Program-made: the position numbers and the translations under genes | The notes under the pieces: generated by a model | Told to the model about the DNA's origin: nothing | The model's input: the letters and a program-made list of their open reading frames with translations, nothing else | The model's database searches: none | In this document: piece after piece, positions 1 through 7,661 of the stretch | How positions within the stretch are numbered: the first letter of the stretch is position 1 | How the letters are laid out: every line of letters starts with the position of its first letter | NCBI GenBank assembly: GCA_045605725.1 | Contig: JAZUQO010000015.1 | Coordinates: forward strand, 1 to 32,000 | Direction of reading: 5' to 3' | Origin: Elusimicrobiaceae bacterium | GTDB taxonomy: Bacteria; Elusimicrobiota; Elusimicrobia; Elusimicrobiales; Elusimicrobiaceae | Length of the DNA stretch: 32,000 bases

Positions 1-47
1 AAACCTGCCGCAAGCAAAAGCGCAAAAATAAAGAGATATTTTTTCAT
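1..47 (-). CDS. 5' end (N-terminal signal-peptide-like segment) of an unidentified exported protein; runs off the window
   Basis: The reverse complement of 1..47 reads ATG AAA AAA TAT CTC TTT ATT TTT GCG CTT TTG CTT GCG GCA GG (MKKYLFIFALLLAAG). A GGAG Shine-Dalgarno lies about 9 nt upstream on the minus strand (rc of 57..60). Confidence 0.35.
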   Translation of the reverse strand, partial: MKKYLFIFALLLAAG

Positions 48-99
48 ATAAAATTTCTCCTAATTTTAGTATTAACTTCTTTACAAATTATATTAAAAA

Positions 100-663
100 T
101 TATATTTTTTGGGCTTCTTCTTTGGCTTGTTTCATTATTGCGGGTATATCCGCGCCCCAAATATCAAGACCTTCTGCTTTAATCAGACAAGTATCTTTTA
201 TGCCGTAAAAATTATTACAAAGATATTTTATATAACCATAGCCGAAAGCATCATTTAAAATAGGACCGCCGGAAGTGGCAACATAAATAACTTTTTTGGC
301 TTTGCAAAGCCCCTCAATTTCGCCTTTTTCTGTGTAGCGAAAAACTATGCCTGAAACATTAATATTTTCAATATAAACTTTTAAATTTGCCGGGAAAGAA
401 TAATCATAAAAAGGTGCTGCTATAACAACAATATCTGCGGCGGCAAATTGTTTTGCCTTATCAAAAATAGAATTAGAAAAATCTTTTTTGGAAGCCAAAG
501 AAAAACGTAAATTTATGGTTTCTTCATTTAAAGGTTTTAAATTTTCTTTTTCCAAATTGACTTCGGTAACGGTGCCTTGTAGTTTTGATAAAACAACATC
601 CGTGAGTTCTTTTGTGCGTGATTCTTTGCGCACGCAAGCATTGATAAAAAGTATATTATTCAT
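100..663 (-). CDS. Flavodoxin-like-fold NAD(P)H-dependent FMN oxidoreductase (azoreductase/ACP-phosphodiesterase-like family)
   Basis: 187-aa ORF. The N-terminus MNNILFINACVRKESRT and the overall length and layout are typical of the Flavodoxin_2/azoreductase family. Family-level call only. Confidence 0.75.
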   Translation of the reverse strand: MNNILFINACVRKESRTKELTDVVLSKLQGTVTEVNLEKENLKPLNEETINLRFSLASKKDFSNSIFDKAKQFAAADIVVIAAPFYDYSFPANLKVYIENINVSGIVFRYTEKGEIEGLCKAKKVIYVATSGGPILNDAFGYGYIKYLCNNFYGIKDTCLIKAEGLDIWGADIPAIMKQAKEEAQKI

Positions 664-730
664 AAATAATCTCCTGTTTTTAATAGAGATAAAAAAGGGG
701 GACGAAATTATTCTACAAAATTACGAATAA

Positions 731-757
731 AAAACCCCCTAAAAATAGGGGGTTTTT
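731..757 (-). terminator. Rho-independent terminator downstream of the POT transporter gene
   Basis: AAAACCCCCT / AGGGGGTTTT stem flanked by A and T runs, located between the transporter stop (777) and the next gene. Confidence 0.7.
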
Positions 758-776
758 ATCTTATAAACTTTTAAGT

Positions 777-2135
777 TTATTTTACGCCGTGCATCCAATG
801 TTGGATTTTGCGTGTCATGATCCACATAATTATGCCGAATACGATAGATCCGATTGCCGGCACGGAGAATAAAGTTGTAAGTGACCAACTTTCATATCTG
901 CTGGCAAGTAAACCTGCCAAGATATTACCAAAGAAACTTGCCATAAGCCAAACGCCCATGAATAAAGATAAGAATTTAAGCGGGGCAAGTTTTGTTACCA
1001 TTGATAAACCGACAGGTGATAAGCAAAGTTCACCCATTGTGCAGAATAAATAAGTAAGAATTAACCAGATTGCGCTGACAGGCTTTCCGCCGGTTAAGAA
1101 TAAACTTGCGCCTATTGCTATAGCAACGAAACCTAAACCTTGCAAGAACAAACCGAAACCGAATTTTGTCGGTATGGAAGGTTCTTTTTCACCCATTTTT
1201 ATCCACATTTTGGCAAATATAGGGGCAAGAAGCATAACAAATATCGGGTTAACTGCCTGGAAGAAAGCCGCTTTCAAGTGGATTTCATGACCGAAGAAAG
1301 TATAATCAAGTTTTGTTGCTTCCAAAGCAAAGAAGTTAAGTGAAGTTCCTGCCTGCTCAAAGAAAGCAAAGAAGAATACGGCAAAGAATACGAATGTGAA
1401 TATTGCTTTAATTTTATCCCATTCTTCTTGGGTTAAAGGAGCGTCGGAAACTTGTTCAACAGATTTTTTGCTGGTAACGGGGTAAAGGCCGATTTCGCCA
1501 AGATATTTCTTTTGGGAAACGAGATACCAAATCAAACCAATTACCATACCGATACCTGCTGCCATAAAGCCGTATTTCCATTTATAGGCTTCAAGCATGC
1601 TATAAGGATCAGAAGGTTCGCCGAAGAAACCGCAAACAAACGGAGCAAAGAAAGCACCTAAGTTAATACCCATGTAGAAGATTGTAAAACCGCTATCTCT
1701 TCTGGGGTCATTAGGTTTGTAAAGTTCACCGACGATTGTTGAAATATTAGGTTTAAAGAATCCGTTACCGATAATGATTAAAGTTAAACCGATTACTAAA
1801 GCAACTCTGGGGTTAATAATCTCATAAGAGGCTAGTGAAAATTGACCAAGGGCCATCAAAATAGCACCGATTGTAATAGAATGGCGTTTACCGATAAATC
1901 TATCAGCCAAATAACCACCTAAAACAGGGGTCAAATAAACAAGTGCGGTAAACATACCGTACACTTTGCTCGCGGCATCTTTAGAAAAGTTAATAACAGA
2001 ACTTATCATAAAGAGGGAAAGCAAGGCTCTCATACCATAATAGTTGAACCTTTCCCACATTTCTACCATAAAAAGCATATAAAGCCCTTTAGGGTGGCCG
2101 TTTTTTGTTACATTGCTTGCAGCATTATCTAACAT
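777..2135 (-). CDS. POT/PTR2-family proton-dependent di-/tripeptide transporter
   Basis: 452-aa polytopic membrane ORF carrying the PTR2 signature region MWERFNYYGMRALL and FYMGINLGAF. Confidence 0.9.
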   Translation of the reverse strand: MLDNAASNVTKNGHPKGLYMLFMVEMWERFNYYGMRALLSLFMISSVINFSKDAASKVYGMFTALVYLTPVLGGYLADRFIGKRHSITIGAILMALGQFSLASYEIINPRVALVIGLTLIIIGNGFFKPNISTIVGELYKPNDPRRDSGFTIFYMGINLGAFFAPFVCGFFGEPSDPYSMLEAYKWKYGFMAAGIGMVIGLIWYLVSQKKYLGEIGLYPVTSKKSVEQVSDAPLTQEEWDKIKAIFTFVFFAVFFFAFFEQAGTSLNFFALEATKLDYTFFGHEIHLKAAFFQAVNPIFVMLLAPIFAKMWIKMGEKEPSIPTKFGFGLFLQGLGFVAIAIGASLFLTGGKPVSAIWLILTYLFCTMGELCLSPVGLSMVTKLAPLKFLSLFMGVWLMASFFGNILAGLLASRYESWSLTTLFSVPAIGSIVFGIIMWIMTRKIQHWMHGVK

Positions 2136-2233
2136 TTGGATTCCTCCAATCCTAATTATTTGTTCTTTTTATTCTTTGTTTTATTTTAAACAAATAATTG
2201 TTTACTTTTTATTTTTCTTTTTTGTTTAAATTT

Positions 2234-2265
2234 AAAACCCCAAAACTTTTAAATTTTGGGGTTTT
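2234..2265. terminator. Orphan perfect 12-bp hairpin (AAAACCCCAAAA/TTTTGGGGTTTT) in a divergent intergenic region
   Basis: Perfect inverted repeat with an 8-nt loop. No upstream same-strand gene is available for it to terminate. Confidence 0.4.
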
Positions 2266-2408
2266 AACAAAAATTTTTTTAAAAAACATTAAACCCCGGC
2301 ACTATCTTTAAGTAAAATAGAGCCAATAGTAAAGGGAAAATGAATAATGTTTTTTATCATATTAATATTATACCAAAATTTTAGGCATTAGTTTTATATA
2401 ATTTAGTT

Positions 2409-3515
2409 ATGAGAACAATTTATAAAAACGCAAACATTTTTTTAAACGGTAAATTAAGACTTGGTTCTGCCGTCATAAATAATGGTGTTTTGGAAGATTT
2501 TATTTTTGGCAAAATAGCAAAAAATGACAGCGCAAAAATTATTAATTTAAAGGGTAAATTTTTTGCGCCAAAATTTGTTGATACGCATATTCATGGTGCT
2601 TTTGGCTTTGGTGCAGACGGCTCTGCTCAAGATTTACTAAACCTTTCAAAAGAACTTGCTAAAGTCGGCGTGGGTGCTTTCTGCCCGACACTTTACCCAA
2701 GCGCGCCCAGTGAGATGCTAAAAAAATTGAAAGATTTTTCAAGTGTGATGGGTAAGGAAAAAGGCGCAAGAATAATTGGACTACACTTGGAAGGGCCGTT
2801 TTTATCACCCCAAAAACCGGGTGTAATGAAAGCGCAAGATATAAAAGAAATAGATATTTCCTTAATAGAAAAATTATCTAAAGCGGCAAACGGTAAAATT
2901 GTTTCCATAACCGCGGCGCCCGAGTTAAAAAACTTTAATAAACTTGCTGCTTGGTGTAAAAAAAATAAAGTTTTGCTTCAACTAGGACATACAAATGCAA
3001 CTTACGCGGATATGCAGAAAGCATTCAAACTTGGAGTAAAACATATAACGCATTTTTTCTTGGCGATGAGTCCTTTGCATCACAGAGCACCGGGTGCTGT
3101 TGGCGCGGGCTTAATAAACAAAGATTTTTCTTTAGAACTTTTGGCGGACGGACACCATATTTTGCCAGAAGTTGCTAAACTTGTTTTCGCCTTAAAAGAT
3201 ATAAATAAGATAGTTCTTATTACTGATAGTTTAACGCCTTGCGGTAAAAAGAAGGGGCTAGCCAACGGCGAAGAAGTTATTTTTAAAAACGGTGTTTTTG
3301 TGCGCAAAAAAGATGGCGTTATTGCAGGTTCTGCTTTAACAATGGCACAAGGTTTAAAGAACTTAGTTGCTTGGGGAGTTGCACCTGAAAAAGCGTTTTT
3401 ATGTGCATGCGAAAACCCGGCAAAACTTGTATCTGCGCCGGAAGGCATTTTTAAAAAAGGCAAAAAAATATCTTTTAATGTTTTTGATAAGAACTTTAAT
3501 TTAGTTAAAATCTAA
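2409..3515 (+). CDS. nagA: N-acetylglucosamine-6-phosphate deacetylase
   Basis: 368 aa with the motifs FVDTHIHGAFGFG, GLHLEGPF and LGHTNATY, characteristic of the NagA amidohydrolase family. Confidence 0.9.
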   Translation: MRTIYKNANIFLNGKLRLGSAVINNGVLEDFIFGKIAKNDSAKIINLKGKFFAPKFVDTHIHGAFGFGADGSAQDLLNLSKELAKVGVGAFCPTLYPSAPSEMLKKLKDFSSVMGKEKGARIIGLHLEGPFLSPQKPGVMKAQDIKEIDISLIEKLSKAANGKIVSITAAPELKNFNKLAAWCKKNKVLLQLGHTNATYADMQKAFKLGVKHITHFFLAMSPLHHRAPGAVGAGLINKDFSLELLADGHHILPEVAKLVFALKDINKIVLITDSLTPCGKKKGLANGEEVIFKNGVFVRKKDGVIAGSALTMAQGLKNLVAWGVAPEKAFLCACENPAKLVSAPEGIFKKGKKISFNVFDKNFNLVKI

Positions 3516-3899
3516 ATCAAAAGGACCTGCGTGCTTTGCTTTCGGCACAATTATTAAATCTTTTTCTTTAGTCCATTTTTTGCTTAACTCAAGCGGAACA
3601 GTTTTATCTTTCGCTCCGGCATAATGAACTTGCGGAACATTGGGCAAAGTTTTTAGATCAAGCGAGTTTGTTAAAGGCGTACCTACAGGGCTATTTTGCC
3701 AATTCGGATCTGCCTTAAAATCAAGCAGAAGTTTGGCTACTTGGTTATCTCTTTTGGAAATAGCAACTAAAAGCGGTGTCCACCCCAGAACATTTTGGAT
3801 ATTAACATCTGCTTTGTTATTAAGCAAGTCTAGTATCGTCGGAATATCCGAATTGGAAACGGCCTTAATTAAATCTTTTTTGAAATTAAAGAAACCCAT
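3501..3899 (-). CDS. Ankyrin-repeat protein with a C-terminal alpha/beta-hydrolase-like tail (possible chimera or remnant)
   Basis: Two ankyrin-like repeats (ILDLLNNKADVNIQNVLGWTPLLVAISKRDNQVAKLLLDFKADPN). The tail VHYAGAKDKTVPLELSKKW...IIVPKAKHAG resembles the C-terminal His-loop region of an alpha/beta hydrolase. Confidence 0.55.
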   Translation of the reverse strand: MGFFNFKKDLIKAVSNSDIPTILDLLNNKADVNIQNVLGWTPLLVAISKRDNQVAKLLLDFKADPNWQNSPVGTPLTNSLDLKTLPNVPQVHYAGAKDKTVPLELSKKWTKEKDLIIVPKAKHAGPFDLDFN

Positions 3900-4048
3900 A
3901 CTTTATTTCTTTTTAAGATAAAAAATTATACCTAAAAAGTATTTCGATTGTAAAGGAAGTATTTGCAAAATTTATATTTAAATCAGACGTGTTTTTACAA
4001 AGATTTTTGAGATTACTTTATTTAAGATAAGACGAAGTAAAACAAAAA

Positions 4049-4120
4049 TACCCCCAATAAGAATCGAACTTATATCCCCTGCTTAGAAGGCAGGTGCTCT
4101 ATCCATTGAGCTATGGGGGC
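4049..4120 (-). tRNA. tRNA-Arg (anticodon UCU)
   Basis: Hand-folded cloverleaf: acceptor GCCCCCA/TGGGGGT, D arm GCTC/GAGC, anticodon stem CCTGC/GCAGG with loop CTTCTAA, T arm ATAAG-TTCGATT-CTTAT. 72 nt, with no encoded CCA. Confidence 0.93.
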
Positions 4121-4190
4121 AAATGGTTTAAAACTATGCTTATATTATATCAATAAGCCAAGATTAGTGTCAAATGTTTTAGAGGTAAAA

Positions 4191-4640
4191 TTATTTTATT
4201 TTTTTATATAAGTCGCAAACGGCGGTGTAAACTTTTTCCATTACTTTGTTAAAACTTGAACCTGAAAAAGAGATAGGATCTTTGACACTTTCTTCTTTTT
4301 CGTAGATATATTCTTGCAGTAAAAGAACTTTATCTGTAAATTGGGCATATCTGTCTAAAATATCTTCTTTTTGGTCTTGTGTCATTGTTAAAATCAAATC
4401 GCAATTTTCCAGATCTTCTTTTGTTAAAAGAGTTGATTTGTGTTCTGTTTTTTCAATACCTTTAGATTTTAAAAAATCCCAAAGTTTTTGTGGAACGGCG
4501 TAAAAATCTTGCGCATAAATACCGCGTGAAATTGCAAAAATATCCCTATTGTTATCTTTGGCGGCAAGATTGTTTAAAATACACTCCGCACCGAAACTTC
4601 TGCAAATATTAGCATGACAAACAAAACAAATTTTCTTCAT
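4191..4640 (-). CDS. Low-molecular-weight protein-tyrosine phosphatase / ArsC-like family
   Basis: 149 aa with the N-terminal P-loop KICFVCHANICRS (CX5R-S motif). Confidence 0.85.
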   Translation of the reverse strand: MKKICFVCHANICRSFGAECILNNLAAKDNNRDIFAISRGIYAQDFYAVPQKLWDFLKSKGIEKTEHKSTLLTKEDLENCDLILTMTQDQKEDILDRYAQFTDKVLLLQEYIYEKEESVKDPISFSGSSFNKVMEKVYTAVCDLYKKIK

Positions 4641-4757
4641 ATAAAAATTATATTAAATTTATCCGTTTACTAAAAAGCGATATTTCAAAAAATATTGGTA
4701 TAACATAATTAATGAGAAAAATCTTTTTTATAGTTAATAAACAGATCATATACTGAT

Positions 4758-4791
4758 AAAAAGGCAGGCATAATTTTGTCTGCCTTTTTTT
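4758..4791 (+). terminator. Intrinsic-terminator-like hairpin plus T7 run ending 2 nt before the SD of the DUF47 gene (possible attenuator)
   Basis: GGCAGGCA/TGTCTGCC stem (8 bp including one G-U), 6-nt loop, an A-run before it and TTTTTTT after it. AGGAGGA follows at 4794..4800. Confidence 0.5.
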
Positions 4792-4810
4792 ATAGGAGGA
4801 ACCCCTTATC

Positions 4811-5431
4811 TTGTTTATGCCGAAAGAAGTAAAATTTTTTGATTTATTTGATGTCCAAGCACACCTTGTTATGGAAAGTGCTTCTTTATTTAAGAAAATT
4901 GTATGCACTCCGGAAATTACAAGGGATAATGTTAGCAAAATGCACTCTCTTGAACATGATGGTGATGAGGCCTGCCATAGTATCATTAACACCTTAAACG
5001 AAAGTTTTATAACCCCCTTTGACAGAGAAGACATTTTGGATCTTACAAATCAAATGGATAATATTATTGACGGTATTTACCTTATCACAAACAGATTTTA
5101 TCTTTTTAAAATATTTGAACCTTCACAAGAATCAAAACACCTTGCCGAAATTATTGAAAAATCTGCCTTAGAAGTTCACCATGCGGTAATGTCTTTAAGA
5201 AGCAAAAAGAATTTTAAGCAAACTTCAAAACACTGTGTCGAAATTAACCGTCTTGAAAACTTGGCCGATGATATACGTGACGAGGCTATTTCCCGCATTT
5301 TAAATGATGAAAAAGTTAACCCTTTAATGGCAATCAAACAAAAAGAACTTTTTGAAGAAAGTGAAGGCGTCACCGATATGTGCGAACACGTGGCAAATAC
5401 CATTTCTTCTATTTCGGTAAAAAATAATTAA
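4811..5431 (+). CDS. DUF47 (TIGR00153, PhoU-related) protein, the usual partner of PiT phosphate transporters
   Basis: The MPKEVKFFDLF... N-terminus and helical PhoU-like composition fit the family, and it sits directly upstream of a PiT gene. The start may be TTG 4811 (better SD spacing) or ATG 4817. Confidence 0.85.
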   Translation: MFMPKEVKFFDLFDVQAHLVMESASLFKKIVCTPEITRDNVSKMHSLEHDGDEACHSIINTLNESFITPFDREDILDLTNQMDNIIDGIYLITNRFYLFKIFEPSQESKHLAEIIEKSALEVHHAVMSLRSKKNFKQTSKHCVEINRLENLADDIRDEAISRILNDEKVNPLMAIKQKELFEESEGVTDMCEHVANTISSISVKNN

Positions 5432-5440
5432 GGTAAAATT

Positions 5441-5867
5441 ATGTTCTGGGTTTTATTTTTAATATTTTTGGCTTTAGCCTTTGATTACTTAAACGGTTTT
5501 CACGATGCGGCAAATTCCGTATCAACGATTATTTCAACTAGGGTTTTATCCCCTAGAGTTGCAATTTGGTGGGCAACGGCTTTTAACTTTTTGGCCTGTT
5601 TTATTTTCCACATGGGTGTTGCTAAAACCGATCGGCGGTTTTTGTGCGGAAACAGGCGCCTCGCTCTCTTTATTTCTTTCTTCTTGGTTTGGCCTTCCGG
5701 TAAGCACAACCCATATTATCACCGGCGGTATTGTGGGCGCGGGTATGTTTAAAAGATTTTCCGCCGTTCATTGGGGCGTTGCCAGAAGAATAGTTTGGGC
5801 TTGGGTTATTACCATGCCTGCAGCCGGTGCAATAGCGGCTTTAAGTTATTTCTTAAAGACTTTGTAA
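5441..5867 (+). pseudogene. pit: PiT-family inorganic phosphate transporter pseudogene (large internal deletion plus a 1-nt frameshift)
   Basis: One frame carries the PiT N-terminus (FDYLNGFHDAANSVSTIISTR...GVAKT). A second frame, from about 5627, carries IGGF..ETGASLSLFLSSWFGLPVSTTHIITGGIVGAG...AWVITMPAAGA, which is the PiT C-terminus. The span is 427 nt, not a multiple of 3, and about 190 codons shorter than typical ~330-aa bacterial PiT proteins. Confidence 0.8.
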
Positions 5868-5903
5868 TTTGCACACAAGATTTTAATTTATTATCATATA
5901 GTT

Positions 5904-7661
5904 ATGCAGAACACAACCCCTTATATTAATTTGGCGTCAAAATACCGTCCGCAAACTTTCGAAGAAGTCGTAGGACAGGAAAGCGTTTCCACCACCTTAA
6001 AAAACGCTCTAAAAAGTGGCAGGATTTCGCACGCTTATTTATTTTATGGTCCCAGGGGTTGCGGTAAAACAACTACGGCGCGCCTTTTGGCAAAGGCTTT
6101 AAACTGCACCGGCAACGGTAATACCACACCGACGGCAACACCTTGCGGCACTTGCCCGCAATGTAAAGAAATTGCTGCTTCAAGCGATATGGACGTTTTG
6201 GAACTTGATGCCGCAAGCAATACACAGGTGGAAAAAGTCCGCCAGGCGATTATTGATACTGTTTCTCTTGCCAATGCACGCGATAGATATAAGGTTTTTA
6301 TTCTTGACGAAGTCCACATGCTTTCCGATTCTTCTTTCAATGCACTTTTAAAAACTATTGAAGAACCGCCCGCACATGTTGTTTTTATTTTGGCAACAAC
6401 GGAATTAAATAAAGTTCCTTTGACTATTACTTCCCGTTGTCAAACCTATCGTTTTAAACCTATAAGTGAAGAAGATATCACAAATCACTTGCTTGACCTT
6501 GCTCAAGCAGAAGGCCTTGATTTAGAAAAAGAGGGTGCAAAAGTTATTGCCCACGCAGCAGGCGGAGCATTGAGAGATGCCTTAACAATTATGGATAGGG
6601 CAATTGCTTTTAGTCAGGGCAAGATTACAAAAGAAACAATTTCTTCAATGCTGGGGCTTCTTCCGCAAGATTTGGTAGTTAAAGCCGCCAAAGCCTTGGT
6701 AGCAAAAGATACAACTTCTATGCACGAAGTTTTTACTTCCCTTAAGGAAGAAGGCTTTGAGGCTTTGAGTTTGCTTAAAGACTTAAAAAATACGCTTGGC
6801 GGTCTTTTTTATTACTCCTTAAAAACGGCTTCTTTACCTTTTGAAGGGGCAGATGAACTACTTAAAGAAGCGCGCCCAGTTTATATTGCGGGTCTCACAC
6901 GTAAAATAGGCAAATTGATAGATGAAGTTAAATTTTCAGATACTCCGGCTCTTATTGCCGAAGTCGGTCTTTTCACCATAATGGAAAGTACTTTTGATGT
7001 GGATAGTTTTATTACCCGATTAGAAAATATTGAAAAGGGTATTTTGCCAACCGATACGGAAAAAAAAACTCTAAATGATCCTGCTGAAGCGGCAATTTCT
7101 CCACAAAATTTACAGAAAGAAGAAATAAAAACAGAAAAACCGGAACTTTCCGCTCAAGAAAGATGGGTTTTATTTATTAAACAAATTTCCGCCAGGCATC
7201 CTTATTTATATGAACTCTTGCAAGGGGTAAAAGTAGATCTTGTCGATAAGAAAAATTGGGTATTAAGTTTTAGACACAACGATAGTTTTGTAAAAGATAC
7301 TTTAGCCAAACGTTTGCAAGATTTTAAAACTCTTTCTCAAGAATTATTTAATGAGCAAGTTAATTTTGACCTTAAACTTTTGCCGGAAGTAAAAGCGAAC
7401 TCTATTCTTAAAAAACCTGTAAAATCTTTATATGCTATTTCTAAACCTAAAGCGGAATCCAAGAAAGAAACGGTTTTAAATACGGAAAACAAAATTAATA
7501 TTTCCGCCGAAAATAAAACTCCCGCAAAAGAAAAACCTTTAATTTCAAAAGCAACACCTTTTGCGAAACAAGATTTTTCTGCCGATATAGAAACTAAAAC
7601 AAAAAGTAAAGTTTTGGAAAACATTTTAAATATTTTTGACGGTCAGGTAGTGGAGTCTTAA
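5904..7661 (+). CDS. dnaX: DNA polymerase III subunit gamma/tau
   Basis: 585 aa with the Walker A motif GPRGCGKTTTARLLAKALNC, the Zn module CGTCPQC, and the FILDEVHMLS and FILATTE boxes. Confidence 0.95.
   Translation: MQNTTPYINLASKYRPQTFEEVVGQESVSTTLKNALKSGRISHAYLFYGPRGCGKTTTARLLAKALNCTGNGNTTPTATPCGTCPQCKEIAASSDMDVLELDAASNTQVEKVRQAIIDTVSLANARDRYKVFILDEVHMLSDSSFNALLKTIEEPPAHVVFILATTELNKVPLTITSRCQTYRFKPISEEDITNHLLDLAQAEGLDLEKEGAKVIAHAAGGALRDALTIMDRAIAFSQGKITKETISSMLGLLPQDLVVKAAKALVAKDTTSMHEVFTSLKEEGFEALSLLKDLKNTLGGLFYYSLKTASLPFEGADELLKEARPVYIAGLTRKIGKLIDEVKFSDTPALIAEVGLFTIMESTFDVDSFITRLENIEKGILPTDTEKKTLNDPAEAAISPQNLQKEEIKTEKPELSAQERWVLFIKQISARHPYLYELLQGVKVDLVDKKNWVLSFRHNDSFVKDTLAKRLQDFKTLSQELFNEQVNFDLKLLPEVKANSILKKPVKSLYAISKPKAESKKETVLNTENKINISAENKTPAKEKPLISKATPFAKQDFSADIETKTKSKVLENILNIFDGQVVES

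Noticed and set aside
808-1661. Three plus-strand ORFs (81, 67 and 69 aa) inside the POT transporter gene
   Set aside because: They are antisense to a well-supported 452-aa transporter ORF and have no start context or recognisable motifs.
3080-3463. 127-aa minus-strand ORF inside nagA. Similar antisense or out-of-frame ORFs lie inside dnaX (6044..6340, 7337..7624), the RND pump, nusG, rplA, rplB, glyA and MTAP
   Set aside because: All are nested in strongly supported conserved genes and none shows its own motifs or translation signals. They are typical shadow ORFs.
4049-4120. tRNA-Arg as a possible integration hotspot for a genomic island (ankyrin ORF on one side, phosphatase on the other)
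   Set aside because: There is no integrase, no direct repeat of the tRNA 3' end and no phage or plasmid genes nearby. The flanking genes are ordinary.
5500-5709. 69-aa minus-strand ORF, and the 5' part of the 120-aa plus-strand ORF (5505..~5625) across the pit locus
   Set aside because: Only the parts matching PiT motifs are meaningful. The remaining out-of-frame or antisense translations have no family resemblance and exist because the pseudogene's frames are open by chance.
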